Positions 1-9,566 of a stretch of 46,034 nt of DNA are shown in pieces. This DNA is from a virus (taxonomy: Duplodnaviria; Caudoviricetes), in the IMG/VR virus record IMGVR_UViG_3300017909_002418, positions 1-46,034 of that record. The stretch is one strand, 5' to 3'. Numbering within the stretch: position 1 is the stretch's first letter; each line of letters starts with the position of its first letter. The position numbers and the translations under genes are program-made. The notes under the pieces are model-generated. The model saw only the letters and a program-made list of their open reading frames with translations. It did not search any database and was not told where the DNA came from.

Positions 1-519
1 GAAGCATACGCACACATGGACGCAAAAATGCGTAAGGCGTTCGTAGAAGTGTTTGAAAAGATCAATACTGCTTGTGATACTATTATTCAAACAAAAGCGA
101 CTACACGCAAGGCTCGTAAGCCTAAGGCACGGTCTAAAGAGGATATAGTGAAGAAAATGAAGTTTCAAATCAATGATAGTGAACTTGGCATTGCAAGTAT
201 TCACCCTACAGAGGTTGTAAATGCAAACGAATTATGGGTTTACAATACCAAAACAAGAAAGGTAGGAGTATATCATGCTAGAAACAAAGACCCACGCAAC
301 ATGGGTAGAGATGGCATTACAGTAAAAGGAACTACTATACAAGACTTTTGCGAAGAGTCTAGTATGCAAAAAACACTTAGAAAACCCAAAGAACAAATCA
401 ATAACTGGACAGGCAAAGCCAAAACAAAATTTGCAAAAGCATTCGAAGAACTTACTACAACAGGAATTAAGATGAACGGCAGAATGAATGACAACACTAT
501 CATTCTTAGAGCATTTTAG
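1..519 (+). CDS. Conserved phage hypothetical protein, C-terminal part (5'-truncated)
   Basis: Frame is open from base 1 (GAA GCA TAC GCA CAC ATG). The ELWVYNTKTRK...VKGTTI...QKTLRKP pattern resembles a hypothetical family of large T4-like phages. Confidence 0.6.
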   Translation, partial: EAYAHMDAKMRKAFVEVFEKINTACDTIIQTKATTRKARKPKARSKEDIVKKMKFQINDSELGIASIHPTEVVNANELWVYNTKTRKVGVYHARNKDPRNMGRDGITVKGTTIQDFCEESSMQKTLRKPKEQINNWTGKAKTKFAKAFEELTTTGIKMNGRMNDNTIILRAF

Positions 520-529
520 TTCTATTTCT

Positions 530-537
530 GATAAATA
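530..537 (+). promoter_or_regulatory. T4-like late promoter (GATAAATA), 5 nt before ATG 543
   Basis: One mismatch to T4 TATAAATA; recurs upstream of structural genes; no SD before the ATG. Confidence 0.75.
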
Positions 538-542
538 GTAGT

Positions 543-1304
543 ATGCCAAAAGATCAAATAGGATACAAAAGTAGAGAACAACTAATAAGTGAAACACAAT
601 TACGTCTTGCTGACGGCATAGTTGATGTTGAATTAGACAGAGAACACTATGACGTAGCCATAGATAAATCACTTGCTAGATACAGACAGTTAAGTTCAGG
701 TAGTGTTGAAGAAAGCATTATCTTTATACAGACTGTTGAAAACCAAACCGAATACACATTACCAGATGAAGTAATGGAAGTTAGAAGATTATATCGTAGA
801 GGTATAGGAACTAACAGCGGTGGCGGAACAAACTTTGATCCATTTGATGTTGCATTTAACAATATGTATATGCTACAAGCAGGACAAATAGGTGGACTTG
901 CTGTATTTGATGCATTTGCACAATACAAAGAAACTATTGGTCGTGTGTTTGGTAGTGAATACAACTTCCTATGGAATAGAAACACCAAAAAACTTAAAAT
1001 ACTTAGAAACGTAAGGCACGAAGAAGAAGTTGCAGTAGGTGTTTACAATTACATTCCAGAATCTATACTATTACAAGACGTTTATGCAAGTAATTGGCTT
1101 TCACAATATGTTCTTAGTCTATCTAAAATGATGTTAGGTGAGGCAAGAAGCAAGTATCAAAGTGGACTTCCTGGAGCAGGTGGAGCCATACAGTTAAATG
1201 GTGAACAATTAAAAACTGAGGCCCAAGCAGAACTTGACAAATTGCAAGAAGCAATACATAATTATGAAGAAGGAAATCAACCACTAGGATTTGTAATAGG
1301 ATAA
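543..1304 (+). CDS. Neck / head-tail adaptor protein (T4 gp13-like)
   Basis: LGEARSKY..LPG.GG.IQLNG C-terminal motif and VDVELD N-terminal motif typical of gp13-like proteins; lies upstream of sheath and tube. Confidence 0.8.
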   Translation: MPKDQIGYKSREQLISETQLRLADGIVDVELDREHYDVAIDKSLARYRQLSSGSVEESIIFIQTVENQTEYTLPDEVMEVRRLYRRGIGTNSGGGTNFDPFDVAFNNMYMLQAGQIGGLAVFDAFAQYKETIGRVFGSEYNFLWNRNTKKLKILRNVRHEEEVAVGVYNYIPESILLQDVYASNWLSQYVLSLSKMMLGEARSKYQSGLPGAGGAIQLNGEQLKTEAQAELDKLQEAIHNYEEGNQPLGFVIG

Positions 1305-1958
1305 ATGAAATTAATTGGCATAGTAGGCTTTATAGGATCTGGCAAAGATACAGTTGCCAAACAGTTTGTTAAAGGAGGCTGTGTTCACGACAGTTTTGCA
1401 AACCCTCTTAAAGACCTATGTGCAAATGTATTCGGCTGGGATAGGCAAATGCTTGAAGGTGAAACACTTGAAAGCAGAGAATTCAGAGAAACTCCAGACA
1501 TTTTTTGGAGTAAGAAAACAGGGATACCAAACTTTACACCTAGATTAGCACTACAACTTATGGGAACAGATGTTATGCGTAACCATTTCCATCAAGATAT
1601 TTGGATTGATAGCCTAGAATATAGACTTAGAAGCAAAGGCGAAAACAAATGTGTTGTAATTAGTGATGCAAGATTTAGAAACGAACTTGATTTAATCACA
1701 AGTATGGGTGGAAAAATCATATGGGTGCAACGAGGTGAACTGCCAGAGTGGTATGAAACTGCAAAAACGGCTCATAATAACGCAATTTCACGTAAAATTA
1801 TGGAGACAAAGTATAGAGATGTTCATGAAAGTGAGTGGAATTGGGCCGGATATCCAGTAAATTTCATAATAAAAAATGACGGTTCATTAGAAGATCTGCA
1901 CAAAGATGTGCTAACAATTCAGCAAGATATATTCAAATCAGCACTAAAACTAGTATAA
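1305..1958 (+). CDS. Deoxynucleoside monophosphate kinase (T4 gp1-like)
   Basis: GFIGSGKDT P-loop, SFANPLK, TPRLALQLMGTD, ISDARFRNE, HESE motifs. Confidence 0.9.
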   Translation: MKLIGIVGFIGSGKDTVAKQFVKGGCVHDSFANPLKDLCANVFGWDRQMLEGETLESREFRETPDIFWSKKTGIPNFTPRLALQLMGTDVMRNHFHQDIWIDSLEYRLRSKGENKCVVISDARFRNELDLITSMGGKIIWVQRGELPEWYETAKTAHNNAISRKIMETKYRDVHESEWNWAGYPVNFIIKNDGSLEDLHKDVLTIQQDIFKSALKLV

Positions 1959-2009
1959 TATCGGGTAATATCACCCAATTTCTATAATACACCAAAATAC
2001 TCCTAAATT

Positions 2010-2017
2010 GATAAATA
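2010..2017 (+). promoter_or_regulatory. Late promoter (GATAAATA) for tail sheath
   Basis: Motif followed by a leader with SD TAGGAG (2049-2054) and ATG 2062. Confidence 0.75.
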
Positions 2018-2061
2018 AAAGCATACGACAACGTATTAACTAATATATTAGGAGATTTAAT

Positions 2062-4866
2062 ATGGCAACTTTAGTAAGTCCTGGTGTTAGTGTATCAGTT
2101 TCAGACGAAAGTTTTTATTCGCCAGCAGGTTCCGGAACAGTTCCTTTGATCGTTATTGCAACGGCTCAAGATAAAAAAGGACCAGACGGAAGTTCAACAG
2201 CGGATTACACTACATCAGCAAAAGCAAACAAACTATATCAAATCACCAGCCAAAGAGAATTATTACAAAATTACGGAAATCCAAACTTTAAAGTAAGTGG
2301 TGGTTCACCTGTTCATGGTGATGAATCCAATGAATACGGTTTGATGGCCGCATACAGTTTCTTAGGAATAGCCAACAGAGCATACGTTCTAAGAGCAGAT
2401 GTTGATTTAGATCAAATTGAGAGTAGTGCAACTGCTCCTAACTCTAAACCAGCAAATGGAACATACTGGTTAGACACTGGTTCTACAGTATGGGGCATGA
2501 AAAAGTATGATGGATCAAATTGGATCTCAGAAAAAAGTAATGTTTTAGTAACAGCGGCAAGTGATTTACAATCCAGTGGCGTGCCAAAAGCGGCATTCGG
2601 AAAAAATGAAGAAATATGTGTAAGATATCTTGATGCAGATGGAACACAAGCAGACAGAGTTTCTTTTTATCAGAAATGGTCTAATGTGTGGTATCTAGTT
2701 GGTTCAAGTGGTTGGGACTCAGCAAGTTCTAAAGACTTCCAATTTGCAAGTCATTTAGGCGTCCCTTCAGTAAGAAGCGATAGTTCAGCACTTCAATCAG
2801 GTGACTTATACTTGCAAACAACATCAGCAAACAATGGTTCAAGTGTTTCTTTAAGTGAATACGACTCAACCAATGCACAATTTGTAACAGAAGGTGTTAT
2901 TCTTAGACAATTTTCAAGAACAGCATATACTGTTTACGGTTCAGACCTTGTAAAAGGTAGCATTTGGGGAGACCATGACGGTGAAAACGGTGAAGCAGAA
3001 ATTGTATTGAAAGCACATAACGGTGGCTCAACAGTTACTTTAGAATCAAGTGCGGCAGTATCAGATACAGCAATTTCAAATACAAAAGCAAATGCTTCAG
3101 CGATTGCATTTAATATTTTTGCAAATGCATCAGTTACTGCTATTCCTGTGTATCTAACTAGTGAAACATCAGGTAACTTAGCAATAGATGACATTGTATC
3201 AGATATTCAAAGTGCATTATCGGCCGCAAACATTACAACAACATATGCTGATCAAATTACTGCAAGTAATAATGCAGGTAAAGTAAAACTAGTAAACTCA
3301 GCAGGTAGAGACATTAGATTATCTGAAGGGCCATCTAGTTTTTCATTATCAGATATTAATTTATCACAAACAACAGCAAGTAACTGGGAGGCAATATCAT
3401 ACGAGGCCAAGTCAACTGCTCCTGTAGGTAATACAGCAGACGGTCAACTTTGGTATGATGCTGATATCAGCACATCTAACATTGATTTATTAGAGCATAA
3501 TGGATCAGGTTGGGTATCATTAACTAAAGATTTCCAAACAAAAGCAAGTGAGCCAACACTTCAAAGTGATGCAACTGCTCTTGAAGATGGAGATATTTGG
3601 TTAAACTCTAGCGATACAGAAAATCTAAAACTATACAGATACAATTTATCCTCAACTAAGTGGGTATTAATTGATCTTTCAGATCAATCATCCGCAGACG
3701 GTGTTGTATTTGCAGACTTTAGACAATCATCTAGCAGTTCATTAGATCCTGATGCACCTAACTCTGCTCTTTATCCAAGTGGCATCTTAGGATGGAACTT
3801 CAGAGCAAGTGGTGGTAACGTTAAGAAGTGGCAATCATCATATGATTGGGGCGGAGCAACTAACTTAGCCAATGTTTGGGTAAGTGAAAGTGGCGTCAAG
3901 TCAGATGGTTCACCATACTTGCTAAGAAAGGCACAGAGAAAAGTGGTTGTAAAAGCACTTCAATCTGCAATTACTAGCAACCAAGATATCAGAAACGAAA
4001 CTAATAGATTCAACATTGCGGCAGTTCCAGGATATCCTGAACTAGCAGACGAACTATTAACTCTAGGTGTAGACAGAAAGAATACTGTATTCAGTATTGC
4101 TGATGCTCCACTTAGATTAGCAGATGATTCTACAAGTGTTAAAGCATGGATCAATAACACAAACAACGCAGTAGAAAACGGCGAAGATGGTATGTTAAGC
4201 AAATCATCTGAGATGGCTGTGTATTATCCACATGGTTTAACAACAAACTTAGATGGAACAAACATTATGGTTCCTGGATCACATATGGCATTAAGAACTT
4301 TTGCATTTAATGATCAGGTTTCATTCCCATGGTTTGCACCAGCAGGTTTCCAAAGAGGAGTTGTAAATAATGCTACTTCAGTTGGTTACTTGAAAGCAAA
4401 AGAAGGCGAATTTGAACCAAGTTCATTGAATGAAGGACAAAGAGATGCGTATTACTTGAATAAAGTAAACCCAGTTTCTAACTTCCCAGGAAGAGGAATT
4501 GCAATCTTTGGACAGAAAACACTTAATGCTAACGCAAGTGCATTAGATAGAGTAAACGTTTCACGTTTAATAATTTATCTAAGAGAGCAACTTGATGATG
4601 CAGTTAAGCCATTCTTATTTGAACCAAACGATGCTATTACTAGAAATCAGGCATTCAGTGTAGTTTCAAGACTACTAGATGTATTGGTTTCTCAAAGAGG
4701 TCTTGCAGACTTCCTAGTAGTATGTGATGATACTAACAACACACCTGCTAGAATAGACAGAAACGAACTACATATTGATGTAGCGGTTCAACCAATTAAG
4801 GCAGTAGAATTTATCTATATACCGATTAGAATCCAAAACACATTGGGAACTACAGGTAATAGTTAA
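2062..4866 (+). CDS. Tail sheath protein (gp18-like) with large inserted domains
   Basis: N-terminal LVSPGVSV; C-terminal WFAPAGFQRG, FGQKTL, LDRVNVSRL, FEPND, TNNTPARIDRNEL, PIKAVEFI; 934 aa. Confidence 0.95.
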   Translation: MATLVSPGVSVSVSDESFYSPAGSGTVPLIVIATAQDKKGPDGSSTADYTTSAKANKLYQITSQRELLQNYGNPNFKVSGGSPVHGDESNEYGLMAAYSFLGIANRAYVLRADVDLDQIESSATAPNSKPANGTYWLDTGSTVWGMKKYDGSNWISEKSNVLVTAASDLQSSGVPKAAFGKNEEICVRYLDADGTQADRVSFYQKWSNVWYLVGSSGWDSASSKDFQFASHLGVPSVRSDSSALQSGDLYLQTTSANNGSSVSLSEYDSTNAQFVTEGVILRQFSRTAYTVYGSDLVKGSIWGDHDGENGEAEIVLKAHNGGSTVTLESSAAVSDTAISNTKANASAIAFNIFANASVTAIPVYLTSETSGNLAIDDIVSDIQSALSAANITTTYADQITASNNAGKVKLVNSAGRDIRLSEGPSSFSLSDINLSQTTASNWEAISYEAKSTAPVGNTADGQLWYDADISTSNIDLLEHNGSGWVSLTKDFQTKASEPTLQSDATALEDGDIWLNSSDTENLKLYRYNLSSTKWVLIDLSDQSSADGVVFADFRQSSSSSLDPDAPNSALYPSGILGWNFRASGGNVKKWQSSYDWGGATNLANVWVSESGVKSDGSPYLLRKAQRKVVVKALQSAITSNQDIRNETNRFNIAAVPGYPELADELLTLGVDRKNTVFSIADAPLRLADDSTSVKAWINNTNNAVENGEDGMLSKSSEMAVYYPHGLTTNLDGTNIMVPGSHMALRTFAFNDQVSFPWFAPAGFQRGVVNNATSVGYLKAKEGEFEPSSLNEGQRDAYYLNKVNPVSNFPGRGIAIFGQKTLNANASALDRVNVSRLIIYLREQLDDAVKPFLFEPNDAITRNQAFSVVSRLLDVLVSQRGLADFLVVCDDTNNTPARIDRNELHIDVAVQPIKAVEFIYIPIRIQNTLGTTGNS

Positions 4867-4882
4867 AAATTACTTAATATTT

Positions 4883-4910
4883 AAAGGGGTCTTTTTAGGC
4901 CCCTTTTTTT
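4883..4910 (+). terminator. Intrinsic terminator after sheath
   Basis: AAAGGGGTCT-TTTT-AGGCCCCTTT stem-loop followed by a T run. Confidence 0.85.
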
Positions 4911-4949
4911 ATCTATTAAAACAAGAGTTAATGATTTTTGGCATCTTTT

Positions 4950-4957
4950 GATAAATA
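4950..4957 (+). promoter_or_regulatory. Late promoter (GATAAATA) for tail tube
   Basis: Motif, then SD GGAG (4977-4980) and ATG 4988. Confidence 0.75.
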
Positions 4958-4987
4958 AAAGTATAATATTAGCATAGGAGAGCAAAT

Positions 4988-5641
4988 ATGGCAACACAAG
5001 TAAACCCAACAGCCAATAAGTTTGGTGTTCCTGAGGACGGCGGTCTTCCAGGAGGTATCCTACAACCTAAATTAAAATTTAGATTTAGGGTAACCTTTGA
5101 TGGCGCATCTTTTGGAGCGGGCGGCCGATTATTTGAACTCACACAAAATGTTCAGAATGTTACAAGACCTAAATTAACACATGAGGAAGTAATAATCGAC
5201 TCATATAATTCTAAAGTATATGTGGCAGGAAAACATGTGTGGGACCCAGTGACAATTATTATTAGAGACAGCATTGACAACAAAGTTGCTAAAAGGATCG
5301 GTGAGCAATTACAAAGACAAGTTAATCACTTTGATCAAACTGCTTATGCGGCAGGCGGAGACTACAAGTTTGATACATATATTGAGATACTTGATGGTAA
5401 GAGTGCAGACGCAACTGAAAGTTGGAAATTAGAAAGTGCTTTCATTCAAAACGTTGATTACAGTGATACAGATTATTCAGCGAATGATCCAGTAACAATC
5501 ACTTTAACTTTACGTTATGATAACGCATTGCACGTTGATGATAATTCTGATGTAGATGGAAGAAAAGAAGCCGGTGATCCGATGCCTAGCACGGCACCAG
5601 CACCTAACACTAACCCGGCTACATTGGCTGGTGGCGGTTAA
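4988..5641 (+). CDS. Tail tube protein (gp19-like)
   Basis: QPKLKFRFRV, VTRPKL, Y.AGKH.W.P.TI, ITLTLRYD; directly after sheath. Confidence 0.85.
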   Translation: MATQVNPTANKFGVPEDGGLPGGILQPKLKFRFRVTFDGASFGAGGRLFELTQNVQNVTRPKLTHEEVIIDSYNSKVYVAGKHVWDPVTIIIRDSIDNKVAKRIGEQLQRQVNHFDQTAYAAGGDYKFDTYIEILDGKSADATESWKLESAFIQNVDYSDTDYSANDPVTITLTLRYDNALHVDDNSDVDGRKEAGDPMPSTAPAPNTNPATLAGGG

Positions 5642-5682
5642 TAGAAATTCGTTTTTATTAAGGTCGACATTATAGAAAATCT

Positions 5683-5709
5683 GAACAGGAGCCTTGCTCC
5701 TGTTCTTTT
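5683..5709 (+). terminator. Intrinsic terminator / strong hairpin after tube
   Basis: Perfect 10-bp stem GAACAGGAGC/GCTCCTGTTC followed by TTTT. Confidence 0.7.
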
Positions 5710-5726
5710 CATAGAGGACATAAAGT

Positions 5727-6680
5727 ATGAGAAGAAATATTGGTAACAAAGGCATAGGATTATATTTTAGTGATGTGTTCAATGCCAAACACCTTTCAAT
5801 AGGACATTTTCCTCCAAGACTTAAATTTAATGGTTTTGCAGATTTCATTATCAACCCTGACCTTAAAGCAGATGCAATAAACATCGGCCTTCCACAAATG
5901 CGTAACGATCTTTCAGGATTTGTTCACGAATCAACAATGCCTAAACTACAGTTCAAAACTGAAGTTATGAATCAATACAATATCAAACGTGTTGTTCAAA
6001 CTGGTGTTGAATTACAACCTGTTACAATGCAGATATATGATACAGTAACAAATGATTGGTATGAAATGTTAATGACGTATTATGCATATCAATACATGAA
6101 TGGAAGAAACACTGGAAAGAGTTCTGTTATAAACGGTCAAAATGCAATCGCACCAGGTTCAGATCTTTACACTAGAGAATCAGCATTTATGTCTGATAAG
6201 TTTCCAAGTAGTGCGTCAGGATTCGATGCAAACGATACACCTCATCTGTTCGATGCAATAAGACTAGTAGTTGTAAACGGGCAACAGGGCAGAGAAATAA
6301 TGCTACAAAGGCCTACAATAACAAGTATGGACTTTGGAGAAATAGATCATGCTGGTAACGAACCAAACATTTTCTCAATTGAATTCGAATACGAAAACTT
6401 TGTTATAGGAAAGGTAATAGAAAATCCGTTAGAAACACTTGACATAGAAAAGTTTAGTATCTATGGCACAGGCAATTGGACTGACGATATAGCAAAAAGT
6501 GATTTTGATTTACCACAATCTGAACAGAACTTTAGAGTTAAAGCAGGTCAACCAATGCCAGCCGCTGATTTAATGGATGCTTCAAGAAGAAGTCAACCTC
6601 AACCTCAACCACCTAAACAAAAGAAAGATGGTAATGATGCATCACAACAGCAAAGACCTCAGATAGGTAGACCTATATAA
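5727..6680 (+). CDS. Tail tube-like baseplate/tube initiator protein (gp48/gp54-like)
   Basis: MPK..FKTE.MNQYN..R.VQT...QPVTM..YD and F.IEFEYE tube-fold pattern; follows the tube gene. Confidence 0.6.
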   Translation: MRRNIGNKGIGLYFSDVFNAKHLSIGHFPPRLKFNGFADFIINPDLKADAINIGLPQMRNDLSGFVHESTMPKLQFKTEVMNQYNIKRVVQTGVELQPVTMQIYDTVTNDWYEMLMTYYAYQYMNGRNTGKSSVINGQNAIAPGSDLYTRESAFMSDKFPSSASGFDANDTPHLFDAIRLVVVNGQQGREIMLQRPTITSMDFGEIDHAGNEPNIFSIEFEYENFVIGKVIENPLETLDIEKFSIYGTGNWTDDIAKSDFDLPQSEQNFRVKAGQPMPAADLMDASRRSQPQPQPPKQKKDGNDASQQQRPQIGRPI

Positions 6681-7111
6681 TGAGTGCTTCACTATACGAC
6701 ACATTTGGTAACGAGATATCTTATGATCTACGAAGAGGTATCCTCACAGCATACATAGAAGATGCAACTATAGATTTTCCTTTACCTCAAGCATCAGCAG
6801 AATTATTAGAAAGATTCTCCGATCCTATTAATACAATGAATCAACAACATCTAGATATGATAAAAAGTAAACTAGAAAAGATTGGTTTCAAAAAAGCAAA
6901 TGCAAAAGCATTAGCACCAGTATTAATCACAGTAGCAAAAGAACTTAACACAGACGTATTAGAATTTTTTGAAGATTCAAATTCAGCACTTGAACTTACA
7001 ACAGATGCCTACAAGGCTATCAATGTCCAAAGGCCAGCAGGCAGTCGGATAAATGTTTCTGCTCCAACAGTAAACAGTAAAAGTAAAGTCGCTTCATTGA
7101 TTAAACCTTAA
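6680..7111 (+). CDS. Hypothetical protein (probably structural)
   Basis: 143-aa ORF coupled by TAATG overlap within the tail cluster. Confidence 0.6.
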   Translation: MSASLYDTFGNEISYDLRRGILTAYIEDATIDFPLPQASAELLERFSDPINTMNQQHLDMIKSKLEKIGFKKANAKALAPVLITVAKELNTDVLEFFEDSNSALELTTDAYKAINVQRPAGSRINVSAPTVNSKSKVASLIKP

Positions 7112-7114
7112 TCA

Positions 7115-7122
7115 AATAAATA
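7115..7122 (+). promoter_or_regulatory. Late promoter (AATAAATA), 5 nt before ATG 7128
   Basis: TAAATA-N5-ATG geometry; no SD. Confidence 0.7.
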
Positions 7123-7127
7123 ATATT

Positions 7128-7589
7128 ATGCCAAAATTCGCACAAGGTAGATACACGGTTGAGAATCGCCACAAGTATGTGGGCAATAAAGATCCCTTCT
7201 TTAGAAGCAGTTGGGAACTTGCATTTATGAGAATGTGTGATGCACACCCTAACATTACTAAATGGGCAAGTGAAAATGTAAAAATACCATACCACAATCC
7301 TGCAACAGGAAAATACACAAACTATGTTCCGGACTTTATGATACAATATACTGACAAAGACGGTGGACAACATGTTGAACTTATAGAGATTAAACCACGT
7401 AACCAAACTACATTAGAAAGTGCTAGAACACAAGGACAAGCATTTCAAACAGCCGTAAATGCCGCAAAATGGACAGCGGCACAAGAGTGGTGTAAACGTA
7501 AAGGCATACGTTTTAAAGTAATAAACGAAGATCAAATTTTTCAAAACAACAAACCTCGAAAGCAAAAAAGAATCTCTAGACGCAAATAA
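7128..7589 (+). CDS. Head completion nuclease (T4 gp4 / TnsA-like PD-(D/E)xK)
   Basis: RSSWE, WASE, IPY, YVPDF, IEIKP, N.AKW.AA motifs. Confidence 0.9.
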   Translation: MPKFAQGRYTVENRHKYVGNKDPFFRSSWELAFMRMCDAHPNITKWASENVKIPYHNPATGKYTNYVPDFMIQYTDKDGGQHVELIEIKPRNQTTLESARTQGQAFQTAVNAAKWTAAQEWCKRKGIRFKVINEDQIFQNNKPRKQKRISRRK

Positions 7590-7592
7590 ATA
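7585..7592 (+). promoter_or_regulatory. Late promoter (AATAAATA) overlapping the upstream TAA stop, 5 nt before ATG 7598
   Basis: TAAATA-N5-ATG geometry. Confidence 0.7.
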
Positions 7593-7597
7593 CTAAC

Positions 7598-8350
7598 ATG
7601 AAATTATTAGTAGGCGGAGACAGTTTTGCAGTATTTCCTGATCACTGCTTTAATTACAAAGAAGACAGAGAATATATAGATTACCCCTCGTCGAAAAAGG
7701 GTAAAGGGTTTAGGCAATATTTAAACTTTCAACATTGGTGTCAACAATTAGACTCTAACGCAACTTCAGTAGGAATAAACTCAGGTGACATCAGCACTAC
7801 AACTTTTGTAACACTACAAGAACTTATAGACAAAAATTATACTCATTGCATATTCTTTGTAACAAACTTCTACAGAGATAATTTACAAATAGAAAAGCAA
7901 CATACAATAGATTCATCTGATTTTGCACAAAACACAAACTTCGATAGTGTTTACAAAGACAAAAATTTTATTAAAAACAAAGAACATAAGTTTATTAGAA
8001 ATAGTATTTGGTATGAAACAGATGAGATTATAGGACCGCATAAAGATGGAATAATGCAATACTTGAGATACAATGCTGACTTTAAATACATACACGATAG
8101 ATTATCAAACTTAATGTTTTTAAAAAAATACTGTGATGATAACAACATTAATATATGTTTTGTTTTGCCTTTCTATCCACAAGAGTTTGCAAAAGGTGTT
8201 ATGCAATATATACCAGGAAAGCATTTTACATACGAAATAAACAAAGATACAGAATTTTTTAAGTGGGCAGTAACACATCACACAGAGCAAGAGCATGAAA
8301 ACATAGCAAACCGCTTCAAAAATGAATACAACGATTGGTTAAATAAATAG
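7598..8350 (+). CDS. SGNH/GDSL hydrolase-like protein
   Basis: N-terminal VGGDSF block and C-terminal THH...H..IA block. Confidence 0.55.
   Translation: MKLLVGGDSFAVFPDHCFNYKEDREYIDYPSSKKGKGFRQYLNFQHWCQQLDSNATSVGINSGDISTTTFVTLQELIDKNYTHCIFFVTNFYRDNLQIEKQHTIDSSDFAQNTNFDSVYKDKNFIKNKEHKFIRNSIWYETDEIIGPHKDGIMQYLRYNADFKYIHDRLSNLMFLKKYCDDNNINICFVLPFYPQEFAKGVMQYIPGKHFTYEINKDTEFFKWAVTHHTEQEHENIANRFKNEYNDWLNK
8342..8349 (+). promoter_or_regulatory. Late promoter (AATAAATA), 5 nt before ATG 8355
   Basis: TAAATA-N5-ATG; same GTAGT spacer as at 538-542. Confidence 0.7.
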
Positions 8351-8354
8351 TAGT

Positions 8355-8840
8355 ATGACAAAGAAATTAGAAGAAGAGTTTAATTTACCACCATTAGAAG
8401 AGGCTCTTGCAAAAGAAAATCCAGAAGAAGTGCCTTCTATAGAAGAAACAAAACAGGAAATTGTTGCTATGGAAGATGCATTAAGTGTCAGCGAAAAGAT
8501 CAATATGGCATTTAAAGAAGTAAAAGGATTAGAAGAACACGAACATGAAATGAATGATATTGCCAAAGAAGCACTTAGCAGTTATAAACAACTTATGAGT
8601 TTGGGTATGAATGTAAGTGATATGGCGGCAGGTAAAGTATTTGCTGAAGCAAGTAATATGTTGAAAATAGCCTTAGACGCCAGTGACGGCAAAGCAAAAG
8701 CCAAACTACAACAAATAGATCTTATGATCAAAAAAGCAAGATTAGATAACAACACAGGTAAAAACGATACAACAGCAGACGGCGAACTTTTATACGACCG
8801 TAATGAACTTCTTAAAATTATTAATAAAAATGATAAATAA
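8355..8840 (+). CDS. Putative terminase small subunit / helical hypothetical protein
   Basis: 161 aa, helical-hairpin character, C-terminal DRNELLK; late promoter; lies upstream of the large terminase. Assignment is by size and context only. Confidence 0.4.
   Translation: MTKKLEEEFNLPPLEEALAKENPEEVPSIEETKQEIVAMEDALSVSEKINMAFKEVKGLEEHEHEMNDIAKEALSSYKQLMSLGMNVSDMAAGKVFAEASNMLKIALDASDGKAKAKLQQIDLMIKKARLDNNTGKNDTTADGELLYDRNELLKIINKNDK
8832..8839 (+). promoter_or_regulatory. Late promoter (GATAAATA)
   Basis: Followed by SD AAGGAG and ATG 8862. Confidence 0.7.
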
Positions 8841-8861
8841 GTATGTTAAAGGAGTTACTAT

Positions 8862-9566
8862 ATGGAACTTAAAGATTATTTAAAAGAATCATTCAATAAA
8901 GAATATGGCTACAGAGTCAAGTTTGCCTGCGATTGCGGTAGCGAACAAATGGACATTATTGAGAAGTGTCTTGCAAAATATAATGTTGTAAGCATCTCAG
9001 ATTTCAAAAGAAAACCAATAGAAGAAAATCCAATGGAGTTTTTAAAAGCCAAAGGTGTTCAAATGGTTTCTGAAGTGTGTAGCACAGACATAGTCTTAAA
9101 GTATCCTGTTAATGAAAGAATTTTAGAAGTTTGGTTAGCAGTTAATTTAGGTTTAGAACACGAAAGAGTTTTATGCTATGGTGTTAAAGACCCAAGAAGA
9201 ATTGAAAGCGAAATTGCTGAAATCAGACACGAGCAAGACAAAGATAGATATGTATCAGAAGAAGATGCAGAATTTAACAAAGAAGAACAAGCACATTACG
9301 AAAACGAAAACATGGATGTTGAGTTTAATGAAGCATTGTTCGGAGAGTCATACAACGAAAAATTCCTAGCAGAACTCCAAAAGATCAAAGATGAAAAAGG
9401 TGCAGATTACTTCCGTAATTATCCTTCAAAGGATGAACTTATGGGCGATGCTCTAAGACCTACATACGACAATATTGTTGGCACACCTAATATGGGTAAA
9501 GGTGCTGAAGGCACTAAAGAGGTATCAAGAGTATCACAGAGTGCAGGTGCCAGGAGAGCAGGATAA
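8862..9566 (+). CDS. Hypothetical virion (head) protein
   Basis: Good SD; N-terminus MELKDYLKES resembles a capsid-targeting/L-x-E cleavage leader. Confidence 0.55.
   Translation: MELKDYLKESFNKEYGYRVKFACDCGSEQMDIIEKCLAKYNVVSISDFKRKPIEENPMEFLKAKGVQMVSEVCSTDIVLKYPVNERILEVWLAVNLGLEHERVLCYGVKDPRRIESEIAEIRHEQDKDRYVSEEDAEFNKEEQAHYENENMDVEFNEALFGESYNEKFLAELQKIKDEKGADYFRNYPSKDELMGDALRPTYDNIVGTPNMGKGAEGTKEVSRVSQSAGARRAG

Noticed and set aside
7128-7589. TnsA-like nuclease as a sign of a Tn7 transposon
   Set aside because: Motifs and context match the T4 gp4 head-completion protein; no other Tns genes or transposon ends.
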